64,000 nt of DNA, taken from assembly GCF_009914755.1 (NCBI RefSeq), contig NC_060941.1; one strand, 5' to 3'. This DNA comes from the human T2T-CHM13v2.0 reference genome, Homo sapiens. Below are positions 25,505 through 39,400 of this stretch, one piece after another. Both the position numbers and the translations under genes were made by a program. The first letter of the stretch is position 1. Every line of letters starts with the position of its first letter. Under the pieces are notes generated by a model. That model was not told where the DNA came from, did not search any database, and saw only the letters and a program-made list of their open reading frames with translations.

Positions 25505-28042
25505 CACATAAACAGAACTAAAGCCAAAAACCACATGATTATCTCACTAGAGGCAGAAAAGGCTTTCAATAAAATTCAATACCCCTTCATGTTAGAAACT
25601 CTCAATAAACTAGGTGTTGAAGGAAACATACCTCAAAATAATAAGAGAAATGCAAATCAAAACCACAATAAGATACCATCTATGACAAACACATGGCCAA
25701 CATTATACTAAATGGGCAAAAGCTGGAAGCATTCCTCATGAAAACCATCACAAGATAAGGATGCCCTCTCACCACTATTCAACATAGTATTGGAAGTTTT
25801 AGCTAGAGCAATCAGACAAGGGAAAGAAAGCGCATTCAAACAGGAAAAGAGAAAGTCAATCTATCTCTGTTTGCAGATGACATGATGCTATATCTAAAAA
25901 AAACCCATAGTCTCAGGCCAAAATCTCCTCCAGCTGATAAACAACTTCAGCAAAGTTGCAGGATATAGAATCAATGCCAAAAAAGAATGAAATACCTAGG
26001 AATACAGCTAACCAGGGAGGTGAAAGATCTCTACAATGAGAATTATAAAACACTACCCAAAGAAATCAGAGATGACACAAACAAATGGAAAAACATCCCA
26101 TGCTTCTGGAAGAATCAATGTCATTAAAATGGCTATACTGCCCAAAGCAATTTACAGATTCATAGCTATTCCTATCAAACTACTAAAGACATTCTTCACA
26201 GAACTAGAACAAAACCATTTTAAATTTATATGGAACCAAAAAAAGAGCCTGAAGAGCCAAGGCAATCCTAAGCAAAAAGAACAAAACTGGAGGCATCACA
26301 TTACCCAATTTCAAACTATACTACAAGCCTACAGTAACCAAAGCAGCATGGTACCAGTTAAAAAAAACAGGCACATAGACCAATGGAACAGAACCATCTG
26401 ATCTTCAACAAACCTAATAAAAACAAGCAATGGGGAAAAGACTCCCCATTCAATAAATGGTGCTGGGATAACTGGCTAGCCATATTCAGAAGATTGAAGC
26501 TTGACCCCTTCCTTACACCATACACAAAAATCAACTGAAGATGAATTAAAGACTTAAATGTAAAACCTCAAACTCTAAAAACCCTGGAAGTCAGCCTAGG
26601 CAATACCATCTTGGACACAGGAACAGTCAAAGATTTCACTATAAAGACACCAAAAGCAATTGCAACAAAAGCAAAAATTGACAAATGGGATCCAATTAAA
26701 CTTCAGACCCTTTGCACGCAAAAGAAACCATCAACAGAGTAAAAAGAATACCTACAGAATGGGAGAAAATATTCACAAACTATGCATCCCACAAAGGTCT
26801 AATATCCAGCACCTATAAGGAATTTAATAAAATTTACAAGAGAAAAACAACCCCATTAAAAAGTGGGCAAAAGACATGAACAGACACTTCTTAAAAGAAG
26901 ACATACATGTGGCCAACAAGCATATGAAAAAAAAAAAAAAAACCTCAATATCACTTATCATTAGAGAAATGCAAATCAAAACCACAATGAGATACCTTCT
27001 CACACCAGTCAGAATGGCTATTGTAAAAAAAGTCAAAAAATAACAGATGCGGCTGGGAGCAGTGGCTCACACCTGTAATCCCAGCAGTTTGGGAGGCCAA
27101 GGCTGGCGGATCACAAGGTCAGGAGATGCAGACTATCCTGGCTAATGTGGTGAAACCCCGTCTCTACTAAAAATACAAAAAAATTAGCCGGACGTAGGGT
27201 CGCCTGTATTCCCAGCTACTCTGGAGGCTGAGGCAGGGAGAATGGCGTGAACCCAGGAGGCGGAGCTTGCAGTGAGCCGAGATTGCGCCACTGCACTCCA
27301 GCCTGGGTGACAGAGTGAGACTCTGTCTCCAAAAAAAAAAAAAAAGGAAAGAAAGAAAAAGAATAACAGATGCTGGTGAGGTTGTGAAGAAAAAAGAATG
27401 CTGATACGCTGTTGGAGGCAGTGTAAATTAGTTCAATCATTGTGGAATGCACTATGGCAATTCCTCAAATACCTAAAAGCAGAACTAGCACTCACCCCAG
27501 CAATCCCATTACTAGGTACATACCCAGAAGAATATAAATGATTCTACCATAAAGACACATGCTAGTGAATGTTCATTGCAGCACTAGTCACAATAGCAAA
27601 GACATGGGACCAACCTAACCTCCATCAATCACAGACTGGGTAAAGAAAATGTGGTACATATACACCATGGAATACTATGAAGCCATAAAAAAGAACAAGA
27701 TCATGTCTTTTATGGGAACATGGATGGAGCTGGAGGCTATTATCCTTTGCAAACTAACTCAGGAACAGAAAACCAAATACCACATGTTATCACTTATAAG
27801 TGGGAGCTAAATGATAAGAACTTATGTGTACAAAGAGGGAAACAACAGACACTGGGCTCTACTTGGAGGGTGAGAGGAGGGAGAGGAGCAGAAAAGATAA
27901 CTATTGGGTACTGAGCTTAATACCTGGGTGCTGAAATAACATGTACAACAAACCCCCGTGACACATGTTTACCTGTGTAACAAACCTTCATATGTACCCC
28001 CAAACCTAAAATAAAAGTTAATAAAAAAGAAAAAGAACAAAA
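25505..28042 (+). mobile_element. L1PA13-16-like element, 5'-truncated (decayed ORF2 plus 3' UTR)
   Basis: ORF2 peptides [25 protein letters not shown] and [17 protein letters not shown]; frameshifts and deletions; TSD aaatgataaatg at 25493 and 28072. Confidence 0.92.
27051..27360 (+). mobile_element. AluY nested in L1
   Basis: aatggcgtgaacccaggaggcggagcttgcagtgagccgagattgcgcc; TSD aataacagatgc. Confidence 0.95.
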
Positions 28043-28071
28043 GTTAAGCATGATCATGGCTGAATTTTTTA

Positions 28072-28213
28072 AAATGATAAATGTTCGAGGTGAGAAATAT
28101 TGTAAGTGCCCTGATTTGATCATTATACATTGTATACACATATCAAAATACCACTCTGTGTCCCTCAAATATATAAAATTATTGTGTATCAACTAAAAAC
28201 AAAAGAAAAAAAA
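28072..28213 (+). mobile_element. L1MA 3' end (right part; left part about 25430-25504)
   Basis: cacaaagaaatgataaatg continues as ttcgaggtga...ccctgatttgatcattatacattgtatac across the younger L1. Confidence 0.85.
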
Positions 28214-29871
28214 TGCTGACCATTTGTTCTTGAGGCTTCTGCCATCCTCTTTAGCCTCAGTTGTTGTTGATTTATCGCCTTATTTTTTTTCTCAGCTCTG
28301 AACTGCTTATGTTTTCCTAAACAGGGGTTGCCATTTAGCTCCTTCTTAAATTTGATTATGTCCATTCAATGCACTCTCAAAACCTCCACTGTCTGAAAAA
28401 CTTTAAAAATTTTGTTCAGCTAGCACCTCCTTCAAGACAGTTTTAAAGATTCCCAAATATATCACTCCTCCCCACCTCCAAAGAAGATTATACTCCCAGA
28501 AAAATATGTAAAAATAAATAGTATAAAATTATTAATTTTACTTTCCTTTATAAAGCCTCAGAAATTAAATCTGTAAATCATATTGAGATAAAACCAAGCT
28601 CAATATCAGAATCTTCCTCCTTCAAAATGTAAAGGATTCATCTCACACTCATTTGCTTTAATTGAACTCTTTCCATTTGCATTTTCTGCAGATGTGTTTT
28701 TAATGTCTACTTTTTAGATAGATTGACAAGCTAAATGGCCTCATCAACTTTCTCTGGCTTTACAGTGGCAAACTGCAATGAGGAAAAACAAGTGACTAGG
28801 AAAAGAGGTAAATAAGTATATGGCAAGCTCTTTGAAAGATTCATTTGTTCACTGGAAAATCACAACTGTCTTTAGTGGAGGGACACATGTTTTCTCTCCT
28901 CCACATGCCAAATAAATTTTTAGGAAGTCTCAAGTGAAAATATTAATTCCCAAGACTGCATTGATTTTTTTCTCTCTTCATTCCACTCCTCCAATTCCTT
29001 TCTTTATTCTGCCAGCAACATTCTTTTCCCCAATTCTATGTCTGACTATTAAAACCCTAATCACTGTATATGATTCTATTGCAATGTACCTTCTCTGTGA
29101 AGTTCTCCAGGATCAGCCCTACTGGTATAATTCTCCCTTTTATCTGACTTCCTACAGTACTTTCTTAGGGTCAAGAGTATAGTGTTTATCCTTATTTACA
29201 CTAGAGGTATTATTCTAGCTATCTTCTGTTTCTTAGTAACCTGTAAGCTCCAGGAAGCAAAGACCATATCTTTTACATGTTTATTCCCCAGAATGTCTAA
29301 AACACGGATTTGCATAATGTGTATTCAGTAAACAGAATGAAGGAATTTGAAAGAGAAAATATTATGAGGAAAGATTAATAAACACTGAATTCATTATTAG
29401 AAAAAGGAGTCAAATAGAACACAGATAATACATGGCTATTTTGAGTCTTATAACCCTTTTCATAGCCTGAAGCCTTGGACATTGACTTCTTTCCCTTAAA
29501 AAAGTCATGAATCTAGAAAAACAGACATATAAGAATAGTTAGTGGCAGTTACTGACATTGACCACAGAATAAACAAGGGCATCACAACACTATCACCTGT
29601 ACAGGTATCAGAGCAGCTGCCAGTCATGGGCAGCATCCACTTCACCACAGCCAACACCACCTGAGCATTTACAGTGTGGTAGACACTCTGCTGAATAAAT
29701 CTCAGGTAATCCTCACAATGACGGCTAGAGTGAGATACCCTTAATCTTCTTGTTGTACAAATGAGAATGCTTAAGCCTCAAAGAGGTTAAATAATTTATT
29801 CTAGGTTACACAACTAATGATGAAATAGAAGTCCAATCCAGATGGACCTGACCTCAGAAATACTGTAATGG

Positions 29872-30198
<327 letters not shown>

Positions 30199-30577
30199 AG
30201 AAATACTGTAATGCCTCAGCATGCCCGAAATTTAGAGGGATAAAATATAAATTTTTGTTCTTTAATTTAAAATATATACATTTGTAAATCTAAAATATAA
30301 TTCATATGAAAATCTCACTCTAAAACTATTATACAAGAAATAAATATCCTAAAGCTCAACTGACTTCAAAATATAATTACCTTTTGATTCCTGCACTTCC
30401 TTCCCGCAAACCCCACATTCTATTGGCTTTTTTTCATTTCTGCAATGATGAGTTGGAAACTAGTAACTATTAGCATATTAATATCGCCAACTAGACATTT
30501 CTATTTCTACCATTGCAGCCTACAATTGCATTGGATTGTTAGAGTTGATCACACGGTTACTTATACAGGGTTTGTAA

Positions 30578-31010
30578 TTGTAACATTTAGAGATGCTTTT
30601 GGCTGCAAATAACAGAAAACCCAATACCAGGGCTTAAATAAATAGGAACAGAAGCATCAACAACGTGGAGTTTGGAAGTAAGCCGTTCTGTCTGCTGTTT
30701 CAGTGGATTGATGACTTTCTAGCTGATATCTCTGTAATAACCTTGGCCAACTTTTCTTACTTGTTGCCTCAGGACACCAAGATAGCTACCCTAGTTGCCA
30801 TGTGAAAACTAGGAAGATAGAAGAAGAAGAAGTGCTTTGCCAGTTATATCTCTCTTTCTTTTTGATTTAAAAAGCTAATCTTTCCAGATTTCTGTTCTTT
30901 TCTCATAGGCCGGGTCTGAGATGTGTGGCCAACCCACACTGAAAGAGAGGAAACAAGGGAGAAGGGATTCTACGTGGTTTTGGGGTAGCAACGAAACAGT
31001 ACATGATACA
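30578..31010 (-). mobile_element. Old MLT1 (J/K/L-type) LTR
   Basis: gatgcttttggctgcaaataacagaaaaccc...ggcttaaataaatagg. Confidence 0.55.
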
Positions 31011-34000
31011 TTAGCATAAGGTGGAGAGCTACTTGACAGGAACGTTGAGATGCTTCATCTCTCAAATCAATATCACTTCCTCATGGCTATCTTTATGACC
31101 TCTCAGATCTCTGTATCATCTGTTCTAACAGCATTCCAGAAAACTTTTCATAGCCCTCATCACAGTTTATAATTTACACTTGCTGAACAAAGACATCTTA
31201 AATCTTTGGGATATTTCTCGGATAGTGTTTTGAGGCAGACCCCAAGAATTGGTCATGATTTAAGGGTGTAGCCTCTTTACAGCTGTCTATGTGTGTTCAA
31301 TATGCCCTAAGATATTGTTTTCTCTATACAGCTTAGATGTTGCAATTGGAAGATGTTCCATTTGATATTTAAACATTCAAACAGGATGCTAATTTGTTCA
31401 GAAAATAAGTTTGACATGCACATTTTTTAGAATTATCTCTAAAAGTGAATTATAATTTCCTTCTTATTAGTCAGTTTCCACTTAAAGAATGAACTATACC
31501 CCTGAGCGCAATTGCAAATTCCAGTAAGTGTGACCTCTGCTAACATATTAATTTAGGAAAGCTTCCCCTTAAATTGTTTTCCTGTGGCATCAGGTGAATT
31601 GATCACAAGAGACTTAATAACTTTGGATTAAGTCTACATCCTTTATAAATGTGTAATCACTTCGCATCACATTCCATTAAAGAGCTGATATTTGTAAGGC
31701 AAATCATTGGATTCTTCCAAAGCAGTTTGCGGAATGGTCACACAAACTAATTAGTGTTTATTACAACCTACATATCTTCCAAGGGAAACTTTAAGCAGGT
31801 AATACAGCATATTTTAACTAAAAGCAGTATGTAACAACTTAGGAGACAGAAAATAAATTTAAAACCTTACATATTCTTTTAAAGCTTCCCGTTAGTTTCT
31901 CAAACCAATAAACAATAACTCCTTGAAAGATCATTCATGGCCACTCTGATAAAGACAAATGTGCCATGATCGATATATTTTAATTAAATAGACAACATTC
32001 ATCAATGTGGAGATGCACATTTACAGGACCAGGCTGACTGCATCAGTTCAAAAGTTATAATTGTTTTAGGTTTTTTCCTCTTGGGATGCATGAGTATGTT
32101 AGTCCTGTTAAAGAATAACTTGCTATTTTCAAATTTCAATGAGAAAAAAAAACTCTGCCTAGGCAAAGAGGTATGTGAACATGTAGCAAGTAAAGATTCA
32201 TTTGCTCAGAGGACACAATACAGACTCACAACCTATGGATGAAACAAAGTCAAGCTTCAATGCTACTTTGTACACTCCTAAGATCTAGTGGAGAAGAAAA
32301 GAAGATAGGATAAAGAGATACTATTTTCTCCATTTATGAAGTATGATACCTGTCATACAATCTTTTTTTCCAACACCCTGTCAGGTCCCAGAGAAAATGG
32401 GTCCTTCCATTGGTGGATGAGGGAAGATTAAGATTTGGTCTTCAGGCTGACCCAGGTGAAAGAGAAGCAGCATCATGCATTGGGAGGCTGATCTCTTTGC
32501 TCAGCCTGCTCCAAAGAATTTCAAGTTCCTATTTTCAAGGTACCACTTTTTATACTCCTGAGTCACACAACCCAGGCACAAATAACCTGCTAACCTGTTT
32601 TGCTTTATAACATAACCTGTTTATTTTCCTCTCTCTTAATTATTTACCTGTTTATTTTATTTTTATTATTTTTGGAAAGTAATTTCTAAGACAGCAAGGA
32701 TTATATCTCTCTGGCTTACCACAGTAACTCCAGAACCCAGAACATGGTTTGGTATACAACAGACTCTCAATCATTGAATTTCACAATTCATTTTGTGAAA
32801 TGAGTAAATGAAGGGGAGGTGCCTAAAACACGCAATAACCAATACATTCAATCAACATTAGTATTTTCACCACAAACCCCAAATGAAATTACCAGAATCA
32901 AAAATACAAAGCAATTTTATTCTTAGCATTTTCCAGCCTGCTTAAAAAGTACTATCGTGGGCTTAATTCTCTCTTCTCTCCTGAATATTTTAACTAAGGA
33001 GCTTCCATCTACACTGCCTGATAGAACATGCAGTTGAGCCAAAGCACATCAAAAAAACCAAAACCAGGCCACTGAAGATCAAGAGAGGCAAGCCTGGCAT
33101 ATTTTTAAACATAATAAAAAGGATATGAACTCCTAGGAGTGTAGTCCAAGCTATTTGACAATTCCTTGTGGTATTTGATTTCATCCAGATTAGTAGACAA
33201 TGATCCAGAAAGTCGATTCAAACGTAGGAATACATAAAGCATAAGTGACACTGCTGGGATCCAAACTAAAGAGAGACTAATAAGAATTTCTCACTGCCCC
33301 CTCACCTCCCTATTTCAGATATATTATATCAGATGTGGAAACAGTTCTTTTTCATACCTGAGCCAACCTGACAGTCTAAAAAAGTGCTGCTTTCTCTGAT
33401 TTTAAGTTTTGGAAATCCCACTGGAAATAGCAAACACCATATGTTAAGAATCACTCCATTACACAACTAGAGGGTATTCTTTTCATATAACTTTAGAAGC
33501 CCTGTTGTCTATTGCCAAAAGAAATTTAGAAGTTGCTTTGACATTCTTTACTTCAATTTTCCTTAATTTACAGAACTGTGAGGGGAAAGTAACGTGTTTA
33601 GTACTCTAAATTTGACAGTAATTCGGCTCAAGAATATCTTTCATGTTCCTTCACCTTAGTTATAGCTTTTAAAAAATCATGAGAGTAAGACGCATTAATC
33701 ATAATGTTTTACCCAGCTAAACAGAAAACACCTGGAAGGCAAAAATTAACCTTGCCAGGAATACCTAATTGTCCTACTAGCACAGTAAATGATACTGACC
33801 ACATGATTACCTTCCCAGCTACTCAAATATCAGGAATGAGAAAGTTTCACGGGGAAAGCCAAGTCTACAAGTACTACTAACTAAGTTTGTGATATTGGGA
33901 AAATAACTTCTGATCTCTAGGCTTCTATTTCCTTATGCGTAACATAGATGAGGGGAAGCCCAGCTGGTGTGGTACAAGTATCCTCCCTTAAAGCACTTTT

Positions 34001-34037
34001 ATTATGTGTTTTAAGTATTAAGAACTTGTGTGAGTCA

Positions 34038-34464
34038 ACGCAGTGGGTTGAATGGAAGTTCCCAATAAATATACCTGTATGTTTTAAAAACTGTAAATAT
34101 TACCTTATTTAGAAAAAATATCATTGCAGATTCAATTAGGACCTTGAGATGAGATCATCGTGGATTACCCGAGTGAACCTTAAATTCAATGACAAGTGTC
34201 CTTATAAGAGACAGAGAGAGGAAAGTACAGAGGAGAACATCCTGTGATGACAATGGCAGAGACTGGAGTGACGCAGGCACAAGCCAAAGTATGCCTGAAG
34301 TCACTAGAGGCTGAGAAGTGGCAAGAATGGATCCCATCCTCCAAAGTCCTGCCAATACATTGATTTCAGACTTCTGGCCCCCAGAATTATAAGAGAATAA
34401 ATTTCTGTGGTTTCAACCACCAACTTGATGGTAATGTGTTACTGTGACCACTAGAAATGAATAG
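34038..34464 (+). mobile_element. MLT1C-like solo LTR
   Basis: gtgggttgaatgg...accttgagatgagatcatc...gtgtccttataagagac...gatttcagacttctggcccccagaa...aataaatttctg. Confidence 0.85.
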
Positions 34465-35845
34465 TTAAGTTCCCACAGGTATCAAAAGAGACCTTCATAA
34501 AGATACTTTTGCAAGAGGGTTCAGGCAAGATTGGAGGATCCAAATAGACACTCTGAGAAGAACAAGAGCAAGCAGGAACCTTTGCCACCTTTAACCACGA
34601 AGAAACAAAGGAAGAAACAGCCTTATCTTTATTGGAACTTAATGAGAGCTGGCGCTGTGAAGGAGGAGGAGTTCAGAGGAAGCTGCAGGAGTGCGCTAGG
34701 GCTGCAGGAAGACACAGCCAAACAGGACGGGAGCTAGGGGAGAAAGGCAGAGAATGCAATAACCTCTTCTCTATTTGGCCTCTCCCATCCATTCTCCAAC
34801 CTTCCCAGCCCTGCTTTGGCCCTAGAGAGCTGAGTCCTGTGGGATATAACCCTCATGTTCCTTGGTTTCTGCCTCTGGTTGGATTTGGACAATGAGAAAA
34901 ACCACTCAGAGGCTGGAGGACAAGGAGGAGTGAGACCAAATAGAGAACAACCTGCAGAGGTAACAAAAAAGATTTAGTTTTTAAAAATGAATCTATTGGG
35001 CAAAAGAAAGGCATAAAATCTCTGAAGACTTTTTCCAGGAACTATTTTAGTTCTAACATTCTGTGATTGTCTGAAATATTGTATGGAAACATATTCCTCT
35101 CTTCTAAACTTCATTTTTCTCCACCTTGAAAGAAACCATTTCTACGAAGTTTAACAAATCTTTAATAAATTCAATAAATCTCTTCAATCAGCCCAATAGA
35201 AGCTGGAAATTTAAAAGAAACATAAAATTTAAAAGAAACATAAAAGCTGGAAATTTCTGGACTACTACATTACAAACTTCTCAATTTCCTTCTTGCTTGG
35301 GGTACTAAAAAGTTGGCATATCTTTCAAACTCTACTTTTCGAGGGCTTGGTGAGACGCTTCATTTGCAAAATTTTTTAGCACTCACAGTGAACTCTGTGA
35401 CCCAGGGATATTCTCAGTTGTGTCCTTTGTTTTCCAGATTTACTGTGCAACCTGCTCCTTATCATAGAATCTTAGAGTTGGGGAACAAAAGAAATTGAAG
35501 TAACTTTCACTTTTATTCATCCTTCTCCCCACAGAGCAACATTTTCATCAATATCTTGCAGCAGTATTTCATCTTCTATGTTGCAACATCTACTGACCAG
35601 GAAAGCACCATGGCTAATTTATCTGTTCTCTGACTTCATGCTTAATAATGAATGTTGCATATAAATAATGGTCAATGCCAGCAGAAATGTATGTTTTACA
35701 TTTTTCTTGATTTTAAAAATGTTTTATTGTACAAACATACTATACATTCCAGACCATTACACACACTTCTCTAACCACTCATACCCACTTTTTTACTGTG
35801 ATAGAGATGCTAAAGTTAGTAAGAACTTTCTTAATACAATTGTGA

Positions 35846-36485
35846 TCTGAGAGACCAAAATAGATCCTTGTCAACTGAGACTCTGCTTAACACTAAGGAT
35901 AAAGAAACCAAGTAACCTGAGGGTCAAGGGTTCAGGGGTCATCTGGCATGGCAAATTTCTGAATTCTTATTTCTCTAAACTCTCTTACAATAGGAGCTAT
36001 CGGACCTCTCCTAACTTTGATTTGCAACCCAGACCACTACAACTCTGAATGGACAGAGGACAAACATTCTTTTGTGATAAACTACTACAGATCTGAGGTC
36101 AGTTTCAGTCAGCTTATAGAGGCTGTGCTCAAACTCTTTGTGTCCTATAGTTTACCTTTTGATGTTAAGAGGCAAATTCTACCTTATTTTAATGCTATAC
36201 CCCCTCCCCAAAGTGAATATGGTATGATACATGTATGATTACCCATTACACATGTGCTTGGCTTCCCTCATAAATCTGTACAGCTTTTCCTTTAAACATG
36301 CTAAACATGTATGACTTTACTGTGTAATACAGTCCCTGTGAGGCATAAAATCCAGCCTGTCTCTCCCCTTTCCAAAGAGAGAGCACCTCCTGTACACATT
36401 ATAGACTTTCTCTTCCTGGCTTACAAACCAATATTGCCAATAAAGCTCTCCTTATTTAGCCACCCTAGTGGTCTTTTGGATGATG
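35846..36485 (+). mobile_element. MER39-like ERV1 solo LTR
   Basis: gagagaccaaaatagat...gggtcaagggttcagg...ctggcatggcaaatttct...gccaataaagctctcc...gtggtcttttggatga. Confidence 0.8.
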
Positions 36486-39400
36486 CCATGAATTCAGATA
36501 TTCTGATTAGTAAGGGAAAATCTTTCTAGGAAGAAACGAGTACCAAATAGGAATTTACTCTGCCATCCAGACTTTCTCTTTCCTTTGAGATTATTTTCTA
36601 TTTCACTCTCCTGCTGCCATTGCACATTGGCCCCAGGGTTTATTTCAATCCCTTTAACACTTTGATTGAACCCAAACCAAATCTCTTTCTTGATGCCTCT
36701 TAGTCCAGCTAATACATGCTGGAGCTTTCCAAAAGATTTTCTAAACACAAAGGGATAACATAAATAAAATAAACACAATGGCTCCAAGAACTCTCAGCCA
36801 CTTGGCTTACAAAATTATAAGATTCTGCCCTCGTTTTAGGTAGCAAGTTTCTAGGACAGAGAGTCTTACTAGGTTTTCTCGTGTTTAGTTGTTGCCCAAC
36901 TTCACCCGTGGCTTGTAACTCACCTCTAAGAAGAGATGATATAAGGCATATAAGGAATGCTGAAATGAATTTAAAAACAGAATTACAGTGGATCTGTCCA
37001 CAGGGCAATCTGTCCACATTCTGACGTTTAGTCAAGAACTAACAACAGGGGAAGAGGTTTTTTTCTACCTATCTGACAGTTTTCATTCTGAATGTCCAGT
37101 ATGAAATTCAAGTATCATTGTGAAATAAATACTAGGAACAATCTCGCCTTTGAATTGTTTCTTGTCTGCCAACTACAGAGGTGCCACCTTGTTCCCAATA
37201 TAGGACCTACAGTATAGCAATATCTGATGCAGCTTCAGCATAAGCATTTTACCTATGCCATAGAATAGTTGCCCATTCTTTACAAAGGCCTCTATGTACA
37301 AAAGAATGGATGCCTCAACCTCTACGTGCAAAAGGCCAATCTAGGATTTTTTCCTGAAAGGAAGTTGAGGACTCCAATCCTAGCATTTTTACTTTCCCTC
37401 AATAATTCTTTGAAAATTGTCTCTTTCCATTTTTGAAAGAAGTGAGTTTTTATCCGTTCTCTGCTCCTGCCTTTGTGACTGCAACAGAAGAGCTGTAAGA
37501 ATTTTAGATAATGCCAGGTCAAATGATAGACTTACATTTTATAAAAACCAAGGACATAAACAGGAGGGCCAAGCAGAAAGTCATCTGAATCTACCTTCCG
37601 GCACTCTGTTATCACTGCTGTCAAAGTCATTGAGCCCTGAAAAAGCATAAATACGACTCTGATTACTAAAGATGTAGAAAGGCAAGAAAGGGCTCTTTGG
37701 TGAGGCAGACTCTTAAAATCCCTGACAGCAAATCTTGAAATTCCTAACAGCAGCCCCACCATGATATTCTAAGTATTTCTTTGGGTTATCTGGTGTTTCA
37801 TGACTTCTATAGATATAAAAATACAGGGGAGGGTGGGGTCATGGGGGATTAGATCCACTGCTGGCAGAAGTTTTTGCAGATGCACTGGTGAGAAGCAAAG
37901 AAATGTGGGACCAGGGTAGGGTATAAGATGAAATATAATTTTTTCCTTGAATTTCATTAGGATGTTTCATAGGTATTCTCCACTATGAACATAGTTTTAA
38001 GGGTATAATCATGACTCTCATACATATAAAATGAACTAGTATCAAACATTTCAACTAATTCATTAATGAATGAGTACATTAGTCAAGTGTTAGAAGGTTC
38101 AAAGGAGTTTTCAGAGTATCACATACACATAGGCATATAAGGAATGCTGAAATGAATTGACAAACAGAATTACAGTGGATCTGTCCACGGGGCAATAATC
38201 AATTGCATTTCACTAGACACAACTAATTGCATTTCTATGTACCAGAATTATTTGCATTACTTTCAGTTTTCTACCATTTATAGAGTTGCAAATTATCTCA
38301 AATGCAATAAAATGTGGCTATAATCTAGAAGGATGAACAATACAAGACAATTGGTAATTATTTTTTTCCATCTCTTTCTTTTTTTTTCTTTTTTTTTTTT
38401 TTTTGGCCCATTTTGAAGATTCTAACCATTTTTTCCAGGCAAATTAAATAACTTTCAATGACCTTAAGAAAAGTTAGTTAAACCTCAAATGATCAATGTT
38501 GTGATTTATTTTACAAGTGGTCAATCAGATAATGTAGAAGGCAATGCTGCATAAATTCTAATAGGCTTTATGATTGTAAGCTCTTGGTTTTAGTGCAGAG
38601 TATTTATTATTCCATCATACTCAGCAAAGCTTCATTCTGGAAGAACTATTGACATCAAATTTTCACTTCTCCCATATCTGAAAACACACCATCCACTCCC
38701 TCAAGAAAATAATATTAAGGTGTTTAAAACAACTTCAAGATTAAACTACTTTAGTATGTTTAGTACGTTGTCAAAATATTCCTCCATACATCTATCATTT
38801 AATGAGAAAAGCTGTTAAAAAGGAAAGAAGAGTGAATGACTGAGGGTTGAGGGACACAACTAAAAAAATAAGAAAAAGCCAAAAGGTTATTTTGGGACTC
38901 AAGGCTTTTACTGATAAATTAATGAAGTTTTTAGACTCCAAAATGTTCAAAGCTCCGGAAAGAAATTCATTTTAAAGCCCTTCTGCTCTAGATAACAGCT
39001 TGAAAATACCACTTTAATATTTTTTGTATTGTGTGTTTTTATCATAGGTAATCGATGTTATACTTAAGGCAGCGTGACATTTCAAATGATTAAGGGCCTG
39101 GTGGGGGCATTCACAACGCAAGACCTTTTTTGCATTTACACTAATGAGTTTATAATGAGGGTTTTATTATATTAATTATGACTACTGGGAGTCAGAAAAA
39201 AAGCAGAAGAAATTCAAGAAACTTTACTCTTTAAGAAAATGGTTGTTACCAGATTTGTTGACATAGGTGGTTATTTGCACAAAGAGAAACAAAAGCCATT
39301 ATGACTATTAATCACTACAAGCTTGCTGTGCTTTACCGTAATTACTAAATTAATTTATCCATGATTCCTGGGTTTTAAGTGTTTCCTTTTTTCTCCCCAC

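Noticed and set aside
25502-26401. ORFs with L1 reverse-transcriptase-like peptides
   Set aside because: Fragmented, 5'-truncated, frameshifted ORF2; not functional
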